A DNA stretch of 64,000 nt, taken from assembly GCA_001643675.2 (NCBI GenBank), contig LSRY02000002.1, positions 806,001 to 870,000 of the forward strand, read 5' to 3'. The position numbers and the translations under genes are program-made. Source of the stretch: Monocercomonoides exilis PA203 (lineage: Eukaryota > Protista > Preaxostyla). The notes below the pieces were generated by a model that made no database searches, had not been told where the DNA came from, and saw only the letters and a list, made by a program, of their open reading frames with translations. Of this stretch, positions 23,013 through 34,919 are shown piece after piece (the first letter of the stretch is position 1; every line of letters starts with the position of its first letter).

Positions 23013-26000
23013 CAATAAATATTTATGAACTTTTTTATTTTTATTACTCTTTTATTTTTTCAAAATAAGTTATTGTTTGTGATTAACAAAGAATTTTTAT
23101 CTTTTTGTATTTTTGACTAATTGCTTTGCCTTATTTTGAATAGAATATTAATTTGATACTCATTTTTCTTGAACGAGAAATAAAGTTTTTCTTTTTCAAA
23201 AGCATCTTTTCTCTGAAACATCATCAAACTATTTTCATATCGTTTCAACTTTTCGTTAGTAATTCTGAAATTTTCATTGGAAGATGAAACAATAATTCAC
23301 AAAAATCAAATTCAAACCCAAAGCATAATTCAAATTCAAATTCAAAAACAATAATTAGATCTTTAAGAGCATTGAGATTCAGCTCAGATTATTTGGAAAA
23401 TATTAAATAAAGGATTATAAATCAGCGCTGTGTTTTTACGTTTCGAGTCATCTGTTCCTGAACTTCCGCAGCATTAAATGACCAATCTGAAGACCGACCA
23501 ATTAAAGTAATTTTGCTTCCAACAATGTAACTTTATTTATTCATGTCAAAGGCAATTGGAAGATGATAAGCAAATGCAGGTTTGATGAAAAAGGTTCAGC
23601 TTTTTCAATGAAGAAGACAAAATAAAAATGGCTGGATTGCATTTGTTACAGGAAAAGATGTTGGAGCGACAAACAGAAGTTATTGCATCAATTATTTTTT
23701 CCAACTGAAAGAAAACGAAGCAGCAAAGGTGGTGAGCAGATAGGGGCTCGAATTACAAGGTGAGAAAAGAGCAGGATTGTTGTATTGCCGGAAACGATAA
23801 AACGTTCCAGTTCAGCAGCTCAACTGTTTTAAACAGCATTCGATTGCACTTTGAAGTGCGGAGAGAAAGCAAAAGTTAAGATAGCGAGTGAAGATAGGGC
23901 ACAGGAAGTGATATTCGATATGAAGAGACAGCTGTAGAAGGTGGCAGCGAATGTGTACGGGAACGAGGAGAATTCTGCATGGCATGACAACACAAAGAAG
24001 ACTTGGCATATGGGTGCTGAGAGGACTTTTTCGTGATGCAGATGTTCCTTTTGCACCTCTGGTCTGTGCTTCCAATAGAGAACCTTCTTCAGCTAGGTTG
24101 CCTTCTCTGCTGCATGTTGAAAAGGGAATTTCGAACAGAACAATTAATCCTCCTTTCCCCTTCAGTCGAGTTCTGAGGACTGTTTGCATCCGTAACTGAG
24201 AGTTAAACAAAAGCGGGAGGTGGCCATTCATAAAACGTGTGAAGATGGCGTTTCGAGAGAAAAAATGAAGGCAGAAAGAGGCAGGTCGTTAAGCATCTTG
24301 TTTCTTTTTTGCATGGAAATTTGGATGTGCCTGTGTTCAGTGGAATCAATATTTGTTTTGAAGTCCGAGAAAATAAAAAAGATGAAGTTAGCGAGTCATA
24401 TGGAAACATTGTGGATGAAAGCGCAGAAAATAATGCAGTTAAAGCATATGCAACTCCATATGTGTTCAACATAATTTTTTCTTCCATCTGATGTTGCGAA
24501 CCAGCAGCCATCTGGTGTGTTAAAAAAATCGAGGTGATGCACTTCATCAAATACAAAGAATCGAGTTCGTCTAGTTGAAAAGGCTCCTCTTTCTGTATAA
24601 TTCGTTCTCTTCAAACGGAAGAATGCTCTTGACTTTTCCCGCTGAGCAATGAATCGCCTTTGTTGTCTTCGTTGCCTCTTTCTCTTTGTCTGCTTCATCA
24701 GCTTCCGCTCCTCTGCTTCTGTTCAGTTTCTGCTAAAAACTCGTGAATCTTTATTTCCTTCTGTTCCGTCTTTTTCTTTTTTTTTCCTCACCTCTTCTTT
24801 CTTCTCCAAATGCTTTCATCATGTGATTTAACATTTATTCTCCAACCGCTGTCTATGATCCGCAGCACAATTACTCGGGTTGTCAATGGAATTGTTGGCA
24901 TTGAATGAGTTCTGAAATATATATCAGTTTTATTTCCCTTGTGCTTGCGATGTGAGATGATGAAAAGAATATGAACTTTGCGGCTCAGGTTGAACGAATG
25001 AACATCCAACTGTAAGCGAGATGATTGGGGCAGAAGAAGAAAAAGGAGAAAAAGGCTGTGAATAACCCACTGCGTTTTGCCTATTCTTTAAGGAGAAGGA
25101 CCATTTCTGTCCTTTCTCATTCTGCTTGCGCATCAGTCCTTGTGGAAGCAGACTGTGCTCCCTCTGTGTCTTCTCCTGAGAGTTTCTATAAACAAACAAC
25201 GATTCCAAAATGATGCCTGTGGAAGTTACAAACCTTCGCCAAATTAATTGATGTTTTCATTTGCGACTCAATGTGGGACTTGAGCAGCAGCTTGGGATCT
25301 TCACAGAAGTGCATTTTGCGCCGCCAGCGAAAGATGTATTTTTTCTTTGCATTTAACGGTTTGATTGCATTCTTTTCCTTCTTAATATCTAATTCAGGAT
25401 GGAAAATATGATATTCATCTCTCAAGGCTGTACCAGAGTCACAGTTGGTGATTAAAACTATTCCATCGAAAACATCTCTAATAATCCTTCTCTCACTCTG
25501 ATCGAAACACATGCAGAATAGAAATCAAACACTGGAATACATCATGAAACTCCCTTGCTTTTTTGCTGCGTTTCACACATTTATCACACAGCTGGAGTCG
25601 ATGACGATGAGCTTTTTAACGACGGATATGAACAAGATGGAGATGATAGGTGATTGATGACTTTGTGCATTTCGGTTGGAGAGTTCGATGTCTCATCTCA
25701 CAAATATTTGTTGTCTTCACATTGCGATCTCATTTTCTTTCTTCTTCAGCTTTTTTTTTTCATCGCAATCAGTATCCTTCATCGCTTCAACATTTTCTTT
25801 CTTTCTTTCTTTTTCTCTTTTTTTTTTTATTAACATCTATCTTATTTCCTTCTTCGACCTTTTCCTAAATAAAATGCATTTGCAGTATTTGCTCATATGT
25901 TTCTGCTTTTCTTTTCTTCATTCTCGTCTTCATCTTTCGATGAATTAACTGTTTTGTCTCTTTCGCCTAATGACTGCCTGATGCGTCCAACAACTTCCTG

Positions 26001-27997
26001 TGTGTTAATTGACCTCTTTTCATAATGGGATCGTAAGAGGCTGTGATCAAACATTGTATCTTTCCATTCAGTGCACCGAAGTGATGGCTTATGAATGGAA
26101 GCTCATCAACTCGACGACTTCTATGAGATGGACTTTCAGACGAGGACAAGGAAGGCTTTTGGAGAGGAAAGAAGAAGATGAAGGAGAAGAACGGTGAGTG
26201 AAAAGAAACAAATGATGGATGAGGTTCTGAATAAAAGAAGCGAAGTTTGTTTCAAGCTGAATTCTTGAGGGAAAATGTTTATTTATTAGAATTTGAAGAA
26301 AATGAAGTATTTGTGGAAGAAGATAAGGAAGAAAATTAAGATAAGGATGAAGATGAAGAAGCAGACAAACGATGTTTGACAGAAGTTAATACAGTTCCAG
26401 AAGCTATCCTTTTTGCAGTCTTCTGCAGAATCGTCTGCTGAGCTGGTATTTGATTTTGAAACAAAAAGCTTTATGACTCTTTTAAAGTCATCCATTTGCG
26501 TGAGTGGAACATAAGGCGGCAGTCAATAAACTTTGCTTTGTAGAATAGCAGCAACTCATTGTCTTTTGTGTGCTCTTTAGCCATTTCACTGTCGCAAATC
26601 TCAGGCTACGAAGAGAGAAGAGAAGGATTCATAACATCATTATACAGCCTCATGTGTATTTGCAGTGAAAAGTGCGAATAGACAATCATCTATGTGGTTT
26701 TGGGCTGCATGACTGGATCAAAGATGTGCACACACAAACGAACCGCAAAAATCAATGTGACTGTTCATCTGCTGCTCATCGCCTTTGCTCCCCAGTTGGT
26801 TCGGTAGCACCCCTCTCATTTCCTGAATCAGCTGTAATATCTCGTTGTTTATCTTTAAGGAAACCAGAACCTGCCATGTTGTCAGATCAAACTCCATCAT
26901 CTCCTTCTCCCTGGTATATATCTCCTATCAAATAGCACAGCCTTGCATGGCTTCCACAAATTGAGAGAAGTTAGATGCTTGGAATGAAACCCGTATCTCT
27001 GTTCCTTTTGTAAAGCATGCAGCAGAGCCATAATTCCTCTTACAAACAGATAGATAAACCTCATTCCCGGACTTCTCTTACTTCAATCCTGGGCGAAAAA
27101 ATAAATAAGTTAAGAAGAAAAAGAAAATTGAGCACTTTGAGCTGAATAAGACTGAGTAAGACTTCTTTTTGCAGGTGGTATCAAAATGAAATCAAGTTTC
27201 ATCTCCATGTTTAAATTCCTTGCTGTGTATTTGCAAGTGCTTGTACTAAATAGTGTGCGAATTCTCTTATTGAAGAAATCGATGGCCCGCAGCTGACTCC
27301 TATCCATCTCAGAGTCTTTAGAAGCTTCAGCAATGGATCTTCTTGTTCAGCACACAAATCATTTCTATGGCACAGATACTTTATGAACGCACAATTCATC
27401 ATTTTCTTCTTCAATGAATATGTAAATTTCCTTATCTTCTTCAAAATCTTAGTAATTTCTTTTTCTTTTTCTTTCTTCCGTAAAAAAAATATTGAATTGT
27501 GATCATCTTCATATTTTCGCTTCTTATAGCAATTTCCAATTGAATGAGTCTCTTTTCCTTTTGAATTCGTAATTAAATTATTCAAATTATCACAATAAAT
27601 ATTAAAATATCTTCACAAGCATTGACAACTTGTTAAATATCTATATCCTGCCTTACGTATTCAAACTTAAAAGCAAAGATATGAGTTAAACCTTCGACAT
27701 ATTTTTTCCAGCGGTTTCCAGGAATATTGTGTTTTTAAACAAAATAAAAAAAAATATAATTATGGATTCAATTCAATTTCTTTTAACAGATTGCAATTAT
27801 TTAAATATTAATATCCATAAACAGAAAAAGTGTGAAACAAAATGTGGCATCAAACGAATGAAAATATCGAAAAATATATCAAAAACACAAATTCCATCTC
27901 TGTCATATTTTTATGAATGTTCCTTATAATTATCTTTTAATAGAATAAATAAAAAAACTATGTTTGAAAGACAAAACGATTTCAAAATAGAACATTC

Positions 27998-28090
27998 GTT
28001 CGACAGATTGATCTTTTCGACCGACTGATCTTTCTACCGACTGATCTTTGTCGTTCGACTGATCTCGACAAAGATCTGTCGATAACCCAT
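27998..28090. repeat. Subterminal tandem repeats of about 16 bp (CGACCGACTGATCTTT-like) in element 1, mirrored at 29061-29151 in element 2
   Basis: CGACAGATTGATCTTTT CGACCGACTGATCTTT CTACCGACTGATCTTT GTCGTTCGACTGATCT; the reverse-complement copy lies in element 2. Confidence 0.85.
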
Positions 28091-29179
28091 TGAATATTTC
28101 TAATATCAAAAAACTAAATATTTGTTTGCTCGAATCTTGTGAAATTTTATTTTATAAATAATAAAAAATATAACTCAATGAAAACAAAAAAGCAATATTT
28201 ATATATAAATGTGTTTTCATCGAACAAAAAATTAAATTCAAGCGAACTGTTTTGTCGGTCGACTTGTCGAGCTGATGAAAAAATGTCGGTCTGTCGCAAA
28301 GGTCTAATTGTGAAATCGATATTGTCCTGTATTTTGTGCGACATCTGTATTTGAAATTCAATTCAGTTGTTTTTTTATGACCTCTGTAACATGACTAGAG
28401 AAATTTGAAACAATGAAAATATTTCTGAAAAGATTTTGTCGAATTGTCAAATTTTTTCATTTTGAGACCTTTCAACAATTTTTATTTTGCAATAATGTTG
28501 TTAACATCTGTGATTATTATTGAAATCATATTTTTTCATTCAAAAATTTCCGTTCAAGTGTTTCCTTTGAACATAAATTCATGATCACTGAAGAGTGAAA
28601 AGCCTCAATAAAGACATATGAATATTGATTTCATCTGATTCACTTAATCTAAATTCAATTGTGATCAATAAAGCATTTGAATTCTAAAGCTCTTTTCAAT
28701 AACAAGCAAATTTTGATAAATCTGCAACACGAAAAAAGATATGATTTCAAAAATAATCACACACATTGATATTTCGACAGATGAAAGAAATGGAAAGAGA
28801 AAAATTGGAAAATTTTTAAAACTAAGTTTTGCTTATTTTTGTTTAGGCCTTTGCGACAGACCGACATTTTTTCATTAGCTCGACAAGTCGACCGACAAGA
28901 CATTAAGCATAATTTTTCTTTTTTGATTAACGAAAAAACATTCAAATAAAAAAATGCACTTTTGTTTCCATTGAATAATTTTTTTTATAAATTAAAAAAT
29001 ATAATTTCACTGGATTCTAACAAATAAATATTTTATTTATTGATTTTTAGAAATTTCAATGGGTTATCGACAGATCTTTGTCGAGATCAGTCGAACGACA
29101 AAGATCAGTCGGTCGAAAGATCAGTCTGTCGAAAAGATCAATCTGTCGAACAGATTCACTTTTTTGAAAACATTTCTTC

Positions 29180-32100
29180 TAGACCTGTGTGACATGACAC
29201 GAAAAATTCGAAAAAACTCAAAAATGACAGACACGATCTTTTGATTTTGTCATTTTTTTGTCACTCAAATAAATAAAGTGGAATTATTAACTATTAAAAA
29301 TTTTAACTCATTAAAACGTTAAAAAACATGCAAATGTTTTTGTATCTTATTTTATTCAACTTTCAAAGAAATCAAAACACTTTCTTATTAATAAAAAAAA
29401 AGTGACAAATTGATCAAATAAATATATTGTGGTTTTGTCACTTGTCAGATCTGTCACTGACATGTCAGATCTGTCATTTTGTCATTTTTTAAAACACTCC
29501 TTAATACTTGTTGAAATCGAAAAGCTAATATATTTCGTTTATTTGTGAGGAAAATTCTTATTTGTCACAAAACGATCTGACAAAATGAAATTTATTTTGT
29601 TTGATTGTTTCGATGGATTTTTGTTGTTTTTAAATGGTTTTTTTGGTAAACATTCTTGTTTTTAGGTTTTTGTTTAAGTTTTTATTTTGTTTTTTTTTTT
29701 TTAAAATTTGTTTAAATATTATTTGTTTCAAGAATTCTTTATGTTGATTTTCATTTTTGTTTTTCGAGCCGTTGAAGACATGGAGCAATAAATATTTAGC
29801 AGATTAAAATTATATCGCTTTTATTTTTACTGAAAGTTTTATAAACCATTTGCAATTGTATGATTTTAACTTGTTTTTAAAGTTAACAAAAATCTTGAAA
29901 AATCAACGTTCAAAGAGTAATTGTTCATTAACAACGTAAAACAAACACAAATATATATCTTTTTAAAGTAATGAATAAATTTTCTATTTTCGATTTAAGC
30001 AAGAGTTTAAAAAAAATATCTTTCAAAAAATTAAAATAAAAAATTGAAATCAGAATTCCATGAATGAATATTTTCAAGCTTCTTTAAAAAAATCATAAAG
30101 CATTCCGTTTGAAAAATCCCCATCTTTATCTTCTTTGTTTTATTTCTTCCATACTGCAGCATGAACAGCGAATTCCAAATGTCCATACTCAGTTTTTCAT
30201 AAAGCGATGAACAGGCCATTGCATCCACCAAATTCGACATTGATGAAGTGGTTGGGCACAGATCCTCCCCATGAATAAATGTTGTATCAGAATCTGTGGT
30301 TGAAGTTGATGAAACGGATGGCGAGGTTGTTCTGTTTCCTGTCTCTTCAACATCTTCTTCCTTTTCCAGCATCCATTGAGGGATCTTGTCTGAATCTCTT
30401 CCCAAGATATATTCAGTTGAGCCACTCTCAGAAAGAAGATGCTCTGATGATTCTGAGTGTCCCAAACGTTTCTCATACACTCTCTTCTTTATTCTCTCCT
30501 CGTTCTTCTTCTCTGTCTCTCCTCCATTGCTCCACCGGTGACATCTCCATCGTCACCATCTCAATCAGCTTCGGATCCTTCGACACCACGTCAGCCACTA
30601 TCTTCTTCAAGCCCTTGTTCTCATTCTTCGCTTTCAGCCTCCGCACAACCAGAACAGCAGGAACATCTGGCCGAAGACAACAATGAGAAACTCCAGCCAG
30701 TGTGGGAGTACAAGCGTAGCTGCTTCGACTGGCTATACAGTACTAGCAGGCTCTGATTCGTTTTTGAAAATGAGGGGTTGTGCTATACACAGAACACCAT
30801 AGGCACTGCCAAATAGAATAGTTATAGTAATTACGGAAGTGGAGAGCAAATGTGTGAATGTGGCAATCGGGACATGCACTCAGGCCTCGCTCTCCGACAC
30901 ATACCCTTCGTCTACGGATACGTTGCTATAGACAATTTCCACACTATCTGCGATTGTGACGAGGCGGAAAGCGAGTGCGCGTTGCAGGAGAAGCGATCAA
31001 AACAGTTAAGCTCCACGAGGCTATAGGTCTCCTGAGCGGCAAGTGATGAAAATAAGGGGACGAAGAATGATGAGGTGAAGACGGAGATGATTCCAGCCAG
31101 GGGACGCTCCTCGTTCCGGATCTGCAAAGAAGTGTTGCCAAAAGCACATTCACCTCGTTTTAAGATCGCCAGAGTCAGCGATTGAAAATCTGAGTTGGTG
31201 ATTTTTGAGCAGGAAGACGATTGGCTGCTTTACTAACCGTCACTTCAGGCAGAGGGGATGTTACTCACAAAACGTTGCATTGTTGATGCGGACAGCACCT
31301 CAAGAGATAGATAACGTTCTATTAGATGCACTTGAAAAATTGAGATTAATGATGACTGCTGCTGTGTTGCATAAATCAACAAGGAGATTCTGTCGCAGCT
31401 GTTTCCGTTTATTATTGCGATGCATTCAATGTGAGCTCTTTCAATGAATCATGCTACAAGCGAGAGTTCGGGTGTATTTCTCACATTTTAATGCTCCCAT
31501 TCCGTGCAGGTTTATCTGCATTGCAGTCAGAAGATGAGGCACAAGGCAAGAATGTCCAGTTGCGCAGGGCAATGTGTGAAGAAAGGGAAGACGCAGGAAG
31601 TGCAGACGTTGTGAAGGAGGTGTCGGAGCTGGTGTTGGAGCCTACGTTTGTTCAGTTGTGAAAAAATGATCAGGAAAAGGCAAGATCTTCCACTGATGTG
31701 GAGGGGAGGAAGAGGGTTCCTCCTTGCGAAACAAATGATGCTCAGCAGACAGACTGTGAGGCGAGGTGTTCCTGAACTGACAGAACTCGAAGGCGCTGGA
31801 GCACAGCTGGAGTAAAAGGTATTTTATGCCTGCGAGGGCAACATAGTCGGCATCGGAGAGAAGGAAAGGCGAGAGAGCGAACTTGAGGTGCAAGGCTGAG
31901 CAATTGTTTACTGGAACGTTGTAACACAACATAGCGAGCAGAGAGGATTTAAGTTGCATTTGGCAAATGAGAAGGAGATGCGCCAATTGGTGTTGTTCAT
32001 ATCAACACTGTCAGAGGACCAAAAGGGAAACACGAAGTAGAGGGTGAAATGTTCCATCCGGAAGTTTGCAGAGGTTGCAAGGAAGGCGAGGAAGAATAAG

Positions 32101-34490
32101 ATAACAGAATCGAAACGAATTAGTGAAGGACTGAGACTTTTACTATCAGTTGCTCACGCTTGTTGTTTTGCACTGGGAGCAGATAGCTTTGTGTAGCGAT
32201 ACAAACCGTTGAGAGTATTAGGATCGATTAAGTTTATAATATTCTTCATTCTAAAATCGGAAACGAGCTTCAAACTCTCCAAACTGCTTGCTGTTCTCGT
32301 GATTGTCCCTGACCGAATACACAAATACCTTCTCGCTATGGAACTTCACAATTCTCTTCAGCAGATCTTCTTCATCCAGATACATGTCCGAGGTGCACCC
32401 CCATATTGCGAGTTCTTTCACAAATGTATCTCTGAAGTTCAGCAAAAACTGATTATCTTCAATCTGTACTTCTATCGAGTGGCACTTCACAAACAAATCT
32501 CTTCCATGATATGCGGCATTGCCCTTGAACGTGATGATCGACAGCACAAATGCTGCTGGCTCCGCAGCTGCAGATGTGCATTCCAAAAACAAGCATCTAC
32601 CCCTTCCAGTTGATGAGCAGAAGCAGTCGGTAATTGAAGAATACAAGCAGTCAAAACTTCCTCCTTCATTCAATCTGAACAAAATGGTCCCTCCATTTTC
32701 TCATCCTGAACCACCACGTTTTTTGATTGTTGCATTGCGGATGACCATTTTAATTGGGTCAAGGTCTGCGCTTCGGATCATTGCAATGCCACCAGCTGCG
32801 CTCTCGGTCACTTGCTCAAGCGTGTTCCATTCAACAGCAGAACTTTCATCGGCTTCGGGGTTCGTGTTCTTGTCTTCAGCAAAAGACCTATCAATATGCA
32901 ATCCGCTTCTGCCTTCCAGCTTTATATTTTTCATTGTCAAGCTTCTGAATGTCAAAGATGCTGCAGATGCGATTGATATGATGTCAGAGGAAAATGAAAG
33001 CGAACGTATTGTCACAAACTCCAACATAACCGTTCCTCCATCTGCCTTGATAAGCCCAAACCTGATTATGTCTTCTCCATCTTCCTTTTTTGCGAATGAA
33101 CAATTATTTAAAGTTAACGATCCTTCTCAAGAGCAAATATGCGTCAACACATTTTCATAACCAGTGAATGAAGATGGCAGAATGAAGCTTATAAATTCGA
33201 AATATGAAATACCTGGAATTTTCATTGCAGCATCCTCCACTCCCCTTAGTGAAGAGCAACACTCCAGAGAGCACATATCTGTATTATTTGAGCTTATTGA
33301 AATTCCACAAAGATTGACGTAAACTCGAAGAACTGCACTATTCATAATGCTTATGCTTTTATTATTTCCTCCTGGAATTCTGGGTTGAAAATAATCGATG
33401 GACAGGCATAGATAATCTGAGGATCCGCAAGCACCCATATCTCTTCCTTCACTGCCAACAAATGCCTCCGAGCCGAGCGAGTGCCAGAAATAAACAAGTG
33501 GAATGGCATTTGCTGTATCATTTCCATCAAAGCCTCTTATGTATTCAAACGAAATATCAGAAAGATGTACAGTCACAAATAAAAGAGAGACGTTTGTAAT
33601 GCTCTTTGTCAATAAAAAAGATTTATAAAACATGACATTTTTATATCTTGCTGCATTTGGCTTGCCTGCATCAAATACTATGAAAAATAATTAACAATGG
33701 ATCATTACTAACAAACATCAATGCTATCCCTTTTTCAAAGCCAATCCTCTCTTCTCCGGTTGGTGGCGTTCATCCTGTGAATATGCATGAAGTAATATAC
33801 AGCTTGGCTTTTCGATTTATCTGTGTATTTATTGCCCCTTTTCTGCTTATGATAGATAGCTCACAATACTCTTGAAAAACGCCTTCATTTATGTTCATTA
33901 GTGAGTAATCTTTTTCAATATTATGTATTGAACATTCACGTAGTATCTGTCTTTTTTGAATTCCATCTGTTGCTTAAATATTGCATTGCTGATTTGCAAA
34001 AAGTTATTTGTCCCTGTTAATAAACAAATGTCCATTTTATTGTATATCTCTTGAAAATAAGTTTTCCATATGTACTGGAAAAAAGTTCATTTTTGACATC
34101 TCATAATCAATCGAACGAGCTGACATACAAATTTGTATTCGCTAAAATGATACAGGAACAAACTTTATCCTCTTCAATTTTAGTATTAAAAATAGTTTAT
34201 TGACTTTCAAGACAATTTGTTCTTTCATAGAAGATCTATAATTGCTTGATCACAAGTTGTTATTACGAATAAAGACCGCAACTGAAAATATTCAAATTCC
34301 AAATATTTATTTATGGTTTCGTATTCAATATCACTGTTTCAATAATAAATGTTTTCTAATGTTTCTGTTCAAAACAATCGGTATTAATTTATCAAAAAAT
34401 TCATAAATAATATTAGTTAAAATATTATGGGTTTTCATGATCTAATTTGACTGACACAATTTTTAAAATTTGTCATGTCACACAGGCTTA
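29180..34490. mobile_element. Element 3: non-autonomous hAT-like TIR element, 5311 bp, nested in element 2, carrying a receptor-gene fragment
   Basis: 20-bp TIR TAGACCTGTGTGACATGACA versus TGTCATGTCACACAGGCTTA (18/20 match). Exact 8-bp TSD ATTTCTTC at 29172-29179 and 34491-34498. Many subterminal TGACA/TGTCA motifs at 29190-29585. Confidence 0.88.
30110..34300 (-). pseudogene. Decayed paralogue of the 11637-19820 giant receptor gene, truncated at both ends
   Basis: Collinear matches: IRGFDGNDTANAIPLVYFW...ACGSSDYLCLSIDY; LNEGGSFDC...CFCSSTGRG; GRDLFVKC...FVKELAIWGCT; KDPKLIEMVTMEMSP; LLSESGSTEYILG; DLCPTTSSMSNLVDAMACSS. Many stops and frameshifts; it ends before the kinase C-lobe. The upstream limit is approximate. 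Confidence 0.88.
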
Positions 34491-34919
34491 ATTTCTTCAT
34501 TTCAGTGAATGGACATTTATAACTTTTTTATCAAAAATATCATATTTAATTTGGAAAATTTTGAGAATAAAAAGAAATTGAGTCCTTGTCTGTTTGATTA
34601 ATTCATTATTTGTCCAAAACCACATTTTGTTAAACACTTCATCTTCTTGCGGATAATCAAGTTATTCACGTTATTATTTGAAAATAGTTTTTTTTTAAAT
34701 TCCATAATAATTACTCATTTGAAGTTTTTTCAAAAAAAAACTCAGATTTGTGGAAATGTCAGGTAAACACACGAAAAAGGTTTGCAAGAGCCATTGCTTT
34801 TAATAATCAATACGATGAATAAAGATTGAAGTTTGATAGAATTGTTTGCGGCTTATATTATTAGTAAATAAAAAGTGTCAATTTGCACAAAATCATTGAA
34901 CCTGCGTGTGTTAAATTTA

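Larger units (their letters stand above)
22892..28306. mobile_element. Element 1: non-autonomous hAT-like TIR element, 5415 bp, with decayed cargo
   Basis: TIR TAGGCCTTTGCGACA at 22892 and TGTCGCAAAGGTCTA ending at 28306 (14/15 match). Exact 8-bp TSD ATTGTGAA at 22884-22891 and 28307-28314. Subterminal GTCG/CGAC repeats. Confidence 0.88.
22547..28347. mobile_element. Palindromic MITE of about 380 bp (22547-22891 plus 28315-28347), TA-flanked and Tc1/mariner-like, split by element 1
   Basis: 22599-22730 and 22758-22891 are imperfect reverse complements. The right arm continues after element 1 (ATCGATATTGTCCTGTATTTTGTGCGACATCTG) and mirrors the left end CAGATATCGCACAAAAT. TA lies on both sides; the outer boundary could be a few bp further out. 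Confidence 0.75.

Noticed and set aside
24788-25700. Transposase remnant in element 1 (QLCDKC, HKGNKTDIYF)
   Set aside because: Only vague motif resemblance across broken frames; no DDE, BED or hAT dimerisation motif could be supported.
28000-28090. CRISPR-like array
   Set aside because: The 16-bp tandem units have no unique spacers, the context is eukaryotic and there are no cas genes. They are better explained as subterminal transposon repeats.
27998-29151. One element with 310-bp TIRs around a 537-bp core
   Set aside because: The TIR motifs face inward. These are the long ends of two separate, oppositely oriented elements, each with its own TSD.
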